Shown here: positions 9,865-19,735 of the stretch, one piece after another
Numbering within the stretch: position 1 is the stretch's first letter
Layout of the letters: every line of letters starts with the position of its first letter
Origin: an uncultured Alphaproteobacteria bacterium
Lineage (GTDB): Bacteria; Pseudomonadota; Alphaproteobacteria; Rhizobiales; Xanthobacteraceae
Assembly: GCA_963695615.1 (NCBI GenBank)
Contig: CAVOHH010000004.1
Location: 553,883 to 617,882 of the forward strand
Direction of reading: 5' to 3'
DNA length: 64,000 bases
Position numbers and translations under genes: made by a program
Notes under the pieces: generated by a model
Databases searched by the model: none
Told to the model about the DNA's origin: nothing
What the model saw: the letters and a program-made list of their open reading frames with translations, nothing else

Positions 9865-11460
9865 TCAGCTTAAAATCTTTCGCCAGCCGCCGTCCGTTTG
9901 CGACGGTTCCGGTTCGCCTTCATCGACGACCTCCGGCCCGGGATCGTCGGGCGGGTGGACCAGCGGGATGATCGGCTCGGGCTTGATCTCCAGAGGCTTG
10001 GTTTCCCTGGGCTTGAGCGCTTCGGCTTTGGTTTGTGTCTGATCAATCGCAACCGGCGATGAAGCCGCCTCGGCGGCGATGGGCGAAGGCTTGGCGTCGT
10101 CGGACAACGGCTGCGCCGTGATCTCAACCGGCATCACCGCTGCAGACTCGGGCTCGATCCCGGGTTCAATGACTTGCGCACTGAGCGTTCCCGTAAGCGG
10201 CACGCGCCATTCGAAGGCGTCGATGCGGCCGGTGACTGGCGATGCCGGCAGCCAATGATCGGAAACGTAACCGTCGGCGGTCCAGGCCGGATCGGGCGCG
10301 GCATGAACTGCGCGGGCGGTCCATTCGCGGGCGCGGCCTTCGTCGTTGCGCTCCGCCCGCTCCAGCGCCGCCATCAGCAGGCACACGCGCTTGGTCGGCG
10401 CCTCGAGATAGGGCGCGAGCGCCGCACGCGCCTTGGCGAATTCCTGCGCATCGAGCGCTGAGCGCGCCAGCGCCAGTGCGCCTTCGATATTGTCGGGCAC
10501 CTGTTTCGCCAGCGCCTCGATGCGCTTCAAGCGGTCGCGTGCGGCATCGCCGTAGCGCAGCCGTGCATAGGCCTCGGCGAGATCGGGATGTGGATTGGCG
10601 CGCCAGGCTTTGTCGATGACGCGGCTTGCCCGGCGCAAATGGCCGCCTTCGGCGAGAAACCTTCCGGCGAGCGCGGCTGCGGGAATCAAAGTCGGCGCGA
10701 GCTTTTGCGCTTCGAGCACGAAAGCCTTGGCGCTGTCGCGGTCGGTGTCCTCGACCGCAAGTGCGCGCGCGGTGAGCAGCACCGCGCGCTGGCGGCGATA
10801 GCTCGCTTTGTCGAGCGTGTCTTTGTCGCGATCGAGCAGCGCCAGCGCGCCGCCCCAGTCGCCGGTGGCGCAGCGGAATTCGAGCACTGCGCGCCCGGCC
10901 CAGCCGAGCGTCGGCGCGGTGCGCGCCGCTTCCTCGGCGAAGGCTTGCGCGCTCGCGAGATCGTTGCGGCGCCGGGCTTCGATGAAGAGGCCGTGCAGGC
11001 CGAGCGCCTTGGTGTCGGCGCGGTTCGCCATGGCGTGGAACACGCGCTCCGCCGCCGCGCGATCGCCGGACAGCTGCGCTGATTGCGCGCTCAACAGCAG
11101 CGCCAACGGCTCGCCGGGCGCGATCTTATTGACTGCCACGGCAAATCTTTGCGCTGCCGCGATGTCGCCTGCGCCGATCGCGATCAGCCCGTTGGAAATG
11201 GCTTCGTAGGCGCGCATGCCGCGCCGATTGCGCCGCATGCGCGACAGCACGAATGGCGAGCGCAGAATTACGCGGATAATAGCGACAATGAAGTAGAGAG
11301 CGACAAAGGCGACAAAGAGAGCCACGCCCATCGACAAGAGCGAGATTTTGAAGTGCCCGCCTTGCCAGGTGAAGACGACGTTGCCCGGTATGTCGGCAAA
11401 TTGGGCGACGCCGTAGGCGGCGAGCCCAACCAGGATCAGATAAAGGACGACTCGGATCAT
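9865..11460 (-). CDS. hemY: HemY-like TPR membrane protein (HemY_N family)
   Basis: ORF 9865..11556 trimmed to MIRVVLYLILVGLAAYGVAQF at 11460. It has two N-terminal TM helices followed by TPR-like repeats, and is the last gene of the hemC-hemD-X-hemY arrangement. Confidence 0.8.
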   Translation of the reverse strand: MIRVVLYLILVGLAAYGVAQFADIPGNVVFTWQGGHFKISLLSMGVALFVAFVALYFIVAIIRVILRSPFVLSRMRRNRRGMRAYEAISNGLIAIGAGDIAAAQRFAVAVNKIAPGEPLALLLSAQSAQLSGDRAAAERVFHAMANRADTKALGLHGLFIEARRRNDLASAQAFAEEAARTAPTLGWAGRAVLEFRCATGDWGGALALLDRDKDTLDKASYRRQRAVLLTARALAVEDTDRDSAKAFVLEAQKLAPTLIPAAALAGRFLAEGGHLRRASRVIDKAWRANPHPDLAEAYARLRYGDAARDRLKRIEALAKQVPDNIEGALALARSALDAQEFAKARAALAPYLEAPTKRVCLLMAALERAERNDEGRAREWTARAVHAAPDPAWTADGYVSDHWLPASPVTGRIDAFEWRVPLTGTLSAQVIEPGIEPESAAVMPVEITAQPLSDDAKPSPIAAEAASSPVAIDQTQTKAEALKPRETKPLEIKPEPIIPLVHPPDDPGPEVVDEGEPEPSQTDGGWRKILS

Positions 11461-12721
11461 TGCGCGGCCGGTTTGCTTAAAGCCGCGAGCGCGTCGGCCG
11501 AGATGTTGCGGCTCGCCGCAATGGCGGTTTCGCGCGCCTGCGCTCTCTTGGCCCAATCGGCGGTCAGCGCCTTGGCGCGATCCGGCAACGCCGCAATGTC
11601 GTTTAAGGCGCCGTCGATATCGGCGCGATCGGCGTCGATATCGATCCGCGTGATCACCGAGGCAGGATCGTTGCCCGGCGGTGGTTGCGCCGGCGTAAAC
11701 TCGACGAGATTCTGCACATTGGCTTTGAGCTTGCCGAGAAAGGTCGTGCCGCCGGACGACGTGTCAGCGGCTTGGCGCAAGGCCGGCACCAGCGCTGCGA
11801 GTTCGTGCGCCAGCGCATCGGCCGGCGGCAGGCCGGTTGCGGCAAAAGGCTCGAGCGGAGCCGTCGCGCTTTGATCGGCGCCGAGCTGTTGTACTGCTTT
11901 CAGTTCGGCTTGATACGGCGCGCCGCGCTCGACCGCGGCCCGTAGCGCCTCGGCGGCCACCGTCAGCCGCGCCGCCTGATCCGCGCCCGTCGTTGCGTGT
12001 GCGACTTGTGCCGAGAGAGTTTTCACCGCGCCTTCGAGTGCCGCGATCCGGCTTGTCAGTGCGTCCAAGTCGGCAGGCTGGACGCCTCCTTGCCCGGCAG
12101 TCTTCGCTGTCTCCGCCGCTGATGTGGCGCCAGATTCAGCGGTTTGCGCCTGCTTTTGCGCCGCTTGCGCGGTCGCTGCGACATCGTCGAGGCGGTGGTT
12201 CAGTGCGGCGGCCGAATCGCCGAGCATTTTGGCCTGCATTTCCACCGCCGTGAGGCGGTTGCCCAGCGCTGGCGGGATCGTCGCGGTTTCCGGCTTTGGC
12301 GCCAAAAGCGCGTGTTCGATCTTGTCGAGCCGTGCCGAGAGTGCGGCACTGGTCGCACTTTGGGCCGCATTGGGGGCAGCGGCGTCGGGCGTCATGGTCG
12401 CCGAGGTGACGACGTCGCGCGCCAGCGTAAAGCCGGCCAACCAGAGCGCGACAAAGATTGCGGCGGCCGCAATCGCTCCGATCGCCGCACTGATCGCGTG
12501 TGACCAGCAGGGGGCCTTGCAAGCGGTCGGATTTTGCCGCGGACTTCGGAACCGATGGGTCTTGGCTCGCCGCCTCGGTGGATGCCTTTTGCTCGCGCGG
12601 ATCGGTTTTCGCCGTTTCCGGAGCGGTGCCCGGCGGCGCTTTCGGCGGTTCGACTTCGGTCGCCGTCAGTTCGATCGTCGGCGGCCGCCGGCCTGATGTG
12701 CTGTCAGAACTCGCTTGTCAT
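11457..12721 (-). CDS. COG4223/mitofilin-like membrane protein in the HemX position; at least 2 apparent frameshifts, N-terminus uncertain
   Basis: ORF 11457..12440 is Ala/Gln-rich and coiled-coil-like. An upstream TM segment (AISAAIGAIAAAAIFVALWLAG) and a Pro/Glu-rich N-terminus (RRPPTIELTATEVEPPKAPPGTAPE) lie in other frames up to the ATG near 12721. Confidence 0.55.
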
Positions 12722-12827
12722 CGTGTCCCTGAAACCGGCTCGCTGATCGACATCCACGGCATAGTACGGGGCCGCCTTAGCGGCAACATGTCGAATAGTC
12801 CGGCAATGACAGTGGAATAAGGCTTAA

Positions 12828-13540
12828 TCAGCCGCAAAGCGCGATCAAAGCGGCTTCGTCCGGCCGCGCCGCGATGCGGATTTGCGGCGCACCTGCGAGC
12901 GTCAGCGGCTCGGCGATTCGGTCGGAGAGACAAAACTGGACGGGCTTTCCCAGAGCGTCTGCCAAAAGCCCGGCATTGCGCGCCGCATTCACGTAAGCCT
13001 CGGCGCTGCGGCGTGAGAAGTGCAGAACGCCGTCGAGCCCCGCGGCCAAAGCGTCGGCCGCCTGGCGCGGCAGGCTTGCGGTGACGACGGCGCGATAGAC
13101 CAGCGCGGTATGCACCGCGAAATTCCGCTCGCGCAACAGGCCGGCAAGGTCGCCGGAGCGCTCTTCGCCGGCAAGATAGAGGAGGTGCGCCGGCGGGCTC
13201 ATGCGCTCGGCGACCAGGCGCGCGAGATCACTCACATTGCCGCCGGCGGAGGTGACGCCGGTGAAACCGCAATCGCGCATCGCTTGCGCGGTGCGGTCGC
13301 CTACCGTGAAGACCGCAATCTCGCGCAACGCGTCACGCCGCCGATGGCCGGCGATGGCGCGCACGGCATTGGCGCTGGTGAGAAGGATTGCCGACCAGGG
13401 TCCAGCGCCCAAATCGGCGTCGGGCAGGATTTCGAGATCGAGGAGCGGCGCAACGATCACCTCGTGGCCGCGAGCGCGCAACGCGACCGCAGTGCGCTGC
13501 TGCATCGGCCTGCGGACGGGTGAGCAGAATTCGCAATCGC

Positions 13541-13554
<14 letters not shown>
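12828..13554 (-). CDS. hemD: uroporphyrinogen-III synthase; one apparent frameshift near 13505
   Basis: ORF 12828..13505 (HemD-like two-lobe pattern, LLTSANAVRA) plus an N-terminus LRILLTRPQADA in ORF 13333..13554. The start overlaps the hemC stop. Confidence 0.75.
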
Positions 13555-14491
<937 letters not shown>

Positions 14492-14553
14492 CGGACCTTC
14501 AAATGCTACGTCGCCACAGCATTCCCGCAATGGCGTGACCATATAATACACCG

Positions 14554-15661
14554 ATGATCGTTCTGGGCATTGAAACCACCTGCGATGAGACGGCTGCCGC
14601 CGTGGTCGAGCGCACCGAGGATGGTCAGGCGCCGACCAAGGGGGCTTCCAAGGCCGCATCTCTGTCCAATGTGGTGCTGTCACAGATCGGCGAACATGCC
14701 GAGTTCGGCGGCGTGGTTCCCGAGATCGCCGCCCGCGCCCATGTCGAGGCGCTCGATCGCATCATCGCCAAGGCCATGGGCGAGGCGAAAGTGTCATTCG
14801 CCGCGCTCGACGGCGTCGCCGCGGCGGCGGGTCCCGGCCTGATCGGCGGCGTCATCGTCGGGCTGACGACGGCCAAGGCCATCGCGCTCGCGCACGACAA
14901 GCCGCTGATCGCCGTCAATCATCTCGAAGCCCACGCGCTCACCGCGCGGCTCACCGACGGCGTCGAATTTCCCTATTGCCTGTTTCTCGCCTCCGGCGGC
15001 CATACCCAGATCCTCGCCGTGCGCGGCGTCGGCGATTATGTGCGGCTCGGCGGCACGGTCGACGACGCGATCGGCGAGGCCTTCGACAAGACGGCGAAGT
15101 TGCTTGGGTCTCGGCTATCCCGGCGGCCCGCTGGTGGAGAAGGAGGCGGCGCACGGCGATCCGGAGCGCTTCGCGCTGCCGCGCCCGATGAACGGCCGCC
15201 GCGATGCGGATTTTTCGTTGTCGGGGCTCGAAAACCGCACTGCGCATCGAGGCGGAGAAAATCGCGCCGCTTTCCGACCAGGATGTCGCCGATCTCTGCG
15301 CCTCGTTCCAGCAAGCCGTGGTCGATGTCGTCAAAGACCGGCTGCGCAGCGGTCTGCGCATGTTCCGGCTGCGGGTCGATGCGCCCAAGGCGCTGGTCTG
15401 CGCCGGCGGGGTCGCGGCCAATCAGGCCATCCGCAAGATCCTGCACCGGTGGCTTTCGAAGTCGGCACCGAACTGGTGGCGCCGCCGCCGGCTTTATGCA
15501 CCGACAACGGCGCCATGATCGCCTGGGCCGGCGCCGAGCGGCTGGCGCTGGGGCTCACCGATTCGCTCGCGGTCGCGCCACGTGCGCGCTGGCCGCTGGA
15601 GCAGGTGACGAAGGGGGTTGCAGAAAAGCGTTTCCCGGGCGCGGCGCAGCACGAAGCGTAG
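14554..15661 (+). CDS. tsaD: tRNA N6-adenosine threonylcarbamoyltransferase; at least 4 apparent frameshifts
   Basis: [18 protein letters not shown]..., [25 protein letters not shown] and LLASGGHTQ (ORF 14554..). [14 protein letters not shown] (ORF 15038..). [13 protein letters not shown] (ORF 15204..). [13 protein letters not shown] at the C-terminus. Confidence 0.85.
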
Positions 15662-15760
15662 CGAAGCGGTGCGCTGCAGAACCGGGATCGTTATGAGCGC
15701 CGAGTCTGGGACGATCCCGGATCTGCGGTGCACCGCTGGCGCGCTGCACCGCGTCCGGGC
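15662..15760. repeat. intergenic GC-rich inverted-repeat element (REP/MITE-like)
   Basis: CTGCAGAACCGGGATCGT...GGGACGATCCCGGATCTGCGG is an imperfect inverted repeat between the tsaD stop and the ATP-grasp remnant. The boundaries are approximate. Confidence 0.4.
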
Positions 15761-15766
15761 AACCGC

Positions 15767-15931
15767 CTACTGCTCGAACCGATCGATGAACCAGCGCAGC
15801 AGGCGGCGCCACATTTCGTCCTTGCCGGCGGCGTCCTCGATACCGTGTTCGAGGCTCGGATTTTCGTTGACCTCCATGACGACGATGCCGTCGTCGGTCT
15901 GTTTGAGGTCGACGCCGTAAAATCCTTCTCC
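15767..15931 (-). pseudogene. 3' remnant of a RimK-type ATP-grasp ligase gene (last ~54 codons)
   Basis: GEGFYGVDLKQTDDGIVVMEVNENPSLEHGIEDAAGKDEMWRRLLRWFIDRFEQ* matches the C-terminal GVD...VMEVN.SPGLEGIE pattern of RimK-like ATP-grasp enzymes. No upstream ATP-grasp sequence is present, and it is contiguous in frame with the ligase ORF. Confidence 0.55.
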
Positions 15932-17685
15932 CATCGGCCGTGCCGTCCGCGACGAAGCTTGAGGGAAGGAGGGTGTCGGGCGTGTGAATCGGTCACTCAC
16001 GACATAATGCCCTTGCAGCTGTCCCCGCTCAATCCGCTCGACCATCGCTTCGAGCCGCTCCAGGCGATCGGCTTCGCCCGGCGGCTTGTCCCAGCGCAAC
16101 CGGCTGATGCGGGGAAAGCGCATCGCCAGGCCCGATTTGTGCCGGGTCGAGCGTTGCAGGCCCTCGAAGGCGACTTCGAGGACGAGGCCCTGATCCGGCT
16201 CATGCACGACCTCGCGCACCGGCCCGAAACGTTCGGTGGTGTTGCGGCGGACGAAGCGGTCGATCTGCAGCAATTCCTCGTCGGTGAAGCCGAAATAGGC
16301 CTTGCCGACCGGTACCAGCTCGTCGCCGGCTTCGCCTTTGGTCCAGACGCCGAATGTGTAGTCGGAATAGTAGGATGAGCGTTTGCCGTGGCCACGCTGC
16401 GCATACATCAAGACCGCATCGACGATGAACGGATCGCGCTTCCACTTCCACCACGGCCCCTTCGGGCCGGCCGGGCAGATAGAGCGCATCGCGCCGTTTG
16501 AGCATGACGCCTTCGACCGCCGCGGCGTCCGCACCGGCCCCTGCCGCCGCCGGATTTTTACGCGCTTCCCTGAGTTCCTCCCAGGATCGCAAAGCTGATG
16601 AGCGGCGAGAGATCGATCCGCTCCTCGTGAAGCTGCGCGATGAAATCTTCAAGCCTTGCCCGGCGCTCGGCAAACGGACGCTCGCGCAAATCCTCGTCGC
16701 CGTCGGCGAGCAGATCGTAGGCGCGCAGATGCGCGGGAAACTCGTTGAGCAGTTTCGCTGTGACGGTTTTGCGGTTGAGCCGCTGTTGCAGCACGTTGAA
16801 CGACTGCACGCGACGGTCGCGCATGATCAGCAATTCGCCGTCGATGGCGCCGGGCCGCCGCAAGGCGTCGAGGAGATCGGGAAAGCTCTTTGAAATATCC
16901 TCGCCGGTCCGCGAATAAAGCCGCGCGATCATGCCGTCATGATTGCCATTCTGATCTTGCCTTGCCGCGACCGCCTGCACGCGGATGCCGTCCCATTTCC
17001 ATTCCGCCATGAAGTCGGCGGCGTCGAGCCCGACGAGATCGGGTTCGTCGAGCGCGTGCGCCAGCATCGGCGGCCGAAACGGCGCCGGATCGATGCTCAC
17101 GGGCTTCTCGCCTTGGCCTTCGAGCCAGGCGAACAGTCCGCGATAGGGTGGCGTCAGCCCCGGCCACAGCAGCTCGATGTCGTGCGCCTCCTTGTCGCCG
17201 AGCGCGCCGACGGCGGCCTTCGCCAGACGTGCCGATACCCCGATGCGCAAGCCGCCGGTGACGAGCTTGATCAGCGCCCAGCGTCCGGTTTCGTCGAGCG
17301 CATCGAGCCAGCGCGCCAGTTGCTGCGGCAATTGCGCCTTGCCGAGCGTGGACAGCGTTTCGATGACGGTGGTGAGAGAAAGTTCTTCTCCTCCCCCGCA
17401 AGCGGGGGAGGAATTTGCCGGCCACATCAGCGCGACGGTCTCCGACAGATCGCCGACATAATCGTAGGACAGTTCGAACAGCACCGGATCGGTGCGCTCC
17501 GCGATCAGGCTGCGGATCAACCCGGCCTTGGCGTGGGGAAAGCTTAAGCGCCCGGTGATCGCGGCGAGCGCCCAGCCGCGCTCTGCATCCGGCGTCGAGC
17601 GAAAGTAGTCGGTGATCAGCCGCAGCTTGGCGTTGCGCGCCGGCTCATAGGCGAGACGGTTCAGCAATTCGGCAAAGCGGTTCAT
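15767..17685 (-). CDS. ATP-dependent DNA ligase of the ligase-associated DNA damage response type; 2 apparent frameshifts, 3' boundary unresolved
   Basis: ORF 16558..17685 holds the N-terminus and the adenylation motif EWKWDGIR. The 16200..16673 frame reads SWEELREARK...GVMLKRRDALYLPGRP. ORF 15767..16534 reads KWKRDPFIVDAVLMYAQRGHGKRS...LAMRFPRISRLRWDKPPGEAD. Ligase homology ends near 16000, where an out-of-frame TGA sits at 15997-15999. The open frame then runs on into the ATP-grasp remnant. Confidence 0.8.
17390..17411. repeat. single hairpin CCTCCCCCGC-AA-GCGGGGGAGG embedded in the ligase CDS
   Basis: Perfect 10-bp stem, translated in frame as NSSPACGGGEE. Same sequence family as the 20082-20103 hairpin. 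Confidence 0.7.
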
Positions 17686-18719
17686 GACGCCTCTTCACCG
17701 TTGCTTGCGGTCTCCGTCTCGTCCTCATCGCCATAACCGACGATATCGAGCGGCCGCGCTTTGAGCCCGCGCGTCGTGCACCAATGGACCAGCGCGTCTT
17801 CCTGGCCGTGGGTGACCCAGATTTCGCCGGCGCCGGTCGCGGCAATCGTGGCGGTGAGGCCGTCCCAATCCGCGTGATCGGAAATGACGAGCGGCAGCGT
17901 GACGCCCTGCTGCCGCGCACGCGCCCGCACGCGCATCCAGCCGGAGGCGAAAGCGGCGAGCGGATCGGGAAACCGCCGCGTCCACAGATCGTTGAGAGCC
18001 GAAGGCGGGCAGATTGTGATGGTGCCGGCGAGATTGGCTTTGCTGGCGCCGCGCACCAGGCCAAGCTCGCCGAGCGCAATGCCGCGCTCCACGTAATAAT
18101 TGGTGATCTTCTCCATTGCGCCATGCAGATAGATCGGCGCCAGGTAGCCCGCCTTGCGCAACAGCGCGATCACGCGCTGCGCTTTGCCCAGCGAATAAGC
18201 GCCGACGAGATGCGCACGCTCCGGAAACAGCGCAACCGAGCTCAGCAGTTTGGCGATTTCACCGTCGGCATCGCCATGCCGGAACACCGGCAGTGCGAAT
18301 GTCGCCTCGGTAATGAATACGTCGCAGCGCACGAGCTCAAACGGCGCGCAGGTCGGATCGGGCACGTTCTTGTAATCGCCGGAAGCGACGATGCGGAGTC
18401 CGTTGGCCTCGACCGCGATCTGCGCCGAGCCGAGCACATGGCCGGCCGGATGGAACGTGACCTTGGCGCCGCCGAGGCTGACGCTCTCGCCGTAACGGAT
18501 GACCTGCGTCGACCCGGCGAAATTCTCGCCGTAGCGCAGCCGCATCAAGTCGAGCGTCTCTTGCGTCGCCAGCACCGCGCCATGGCCGGCGCGGGCATGG
18601 TCGGAATGGGCATGCGTGATCAGCGCCCGCTCGACAATTCGCGTCGGGTCGATATGAAAGCCGCCGAGCTTGCAGCACACGCCGGCGGGGGTGGGGACGA
18701 GGATGTCTTCGGGACGCAT
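17682..18719 (-). CDS. ligase-associated DNA damage response exonuclease (metallo-beta-lactamase / beta-CASP fold)
   Basis: Intact 345-aa ORF with an HAHSDHARAG (HxHxDH) motif. Its stop overlaps the ligase start as ATGA. Confidence 0.85.
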   Translation of the reverse strand: MRPEDILVPTPAGVCCKLGGFHIDPTRIVERALITHAHSDHARAGHGAVLATQETLDLMRLRYGENFAGSTQVIRYGESVSLGGAKVTFHPAGHVLGSAQIAVEANGLRIVASGDYKNVPDPTCAPFELVRCDVFITEATFALPVFRHGDADGEIAKLLSSVALFPERAHLVGAYSLGKAQRVIALLRKAGYLAPIYLHGAMEKITNYYVERGIALGELGLVRGASKANLAGTITICPPSALNDLWTRRFPDPLAAFASGWMRVRARARQQGVTLPLVISDHADWDGLTATIAATGAGEIWVTHGQEDALVHWCTTRGLKARPLDIVGYGDEDETETASNGEEAS

Positions 18720-18763
18720 CGCGAGTCATAAATAGTCATTCCTGTCCGAGGCGCGAGCGCGCG

Positions 18764-19703
18764 ATGACCGACACCGGCCCACTCTTTGTTTCCTCAGGCG
18801 ATCTGATCGCCGACCGGCGCTACCAGTGGGCGCTCGATCTGGCCGCGCGCGGCGACTTGGCCGGCGCCGCCGATCTTTTGACCCAGACCACCGATCTTGC
18901 ACCCGGCTTCGCCGCGGCCTGGTTCACGCTTGGCGCGGTTCGCGACAGGCTCGGCGACCGCGACGGCGCGGTCTTTGCCTTCACGCGGGCCCGCGACGCC
19001 GACCCGGAGGATTCGCAAGGCGCGGCGCTGCAACTGGCGCGGCTTGGCGGCGGGGCGACCGTCCCGCCGATGTCGCAAGCTTATGTCCGCCGCCTGTTCG
19101 ACCAATATGCCGGGCGCTACGACACCGCGCTCACCGAGCATCTGCGCTATCGCGGGCCGGCGATCCTCCTTGAAGCGGTCGAGCGGGTGATGCGCGATGC
19201 CGGTCGCGCCATGCATTTTCGCGGAATGCTCGATCTCGGCTGCGGCACCGGCCTTGCCGGCACTGCCTTTCGCCCGCTCGCGGATCGGCTCGTCGGCGTC
19301 GATCTCTCGCCGGCGATGATCGCGAAGGCTGAAGAGAAAGGCATTTACGACCGCACCGCGTTGCCGGTTTTGCGGACTTTCTTGTCGCGGCCGTTGCCGC
19401 CCGTGAGCACTACGATCTCGTTCTCGCCGCCGACGTTTTTGTTTATGTCAACGATCTCGCCCCTCTCATTGCCGGCATCGCCAAAATCCTCGCGCCGCGC
19501 GGCGTGCTGGCCTTCACCGCCGAAACTCATGCCGGCACGGCGTGAAGCTTTTGCCGACGCTGCGCTTTGCCCACGGTGATGATTATTTGCGCGCGTTGCT
19601 CGGTGCGAGCGGGTTGACCGTCGAAAGCCTCACCAAGACGTCGGTGCGCAGCGAAAAGGGCGTGCCGGTCGACGGTCTGGTCGTGGTGGCAACAGCTCCG
19701 TGA
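18764..19703 (+). CDS. TPR + class I SAM-dependent methyltransferase; about 2 apparent frameshifts
   Basis: N-terminal TPR-like region, then MLDLGCGTGLAG (SAM motif I) and VGVDLSPAMIAKA. After about 19355 the product continues in other frames (YDLVLAADVFVYVNDL..., ...GVPVDGLVVVATAP*). Confidence 0.7.
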
Positions 19704-19735
19704 GGTCGTGCAAGTCGCGCATTGGAACCCTACTT

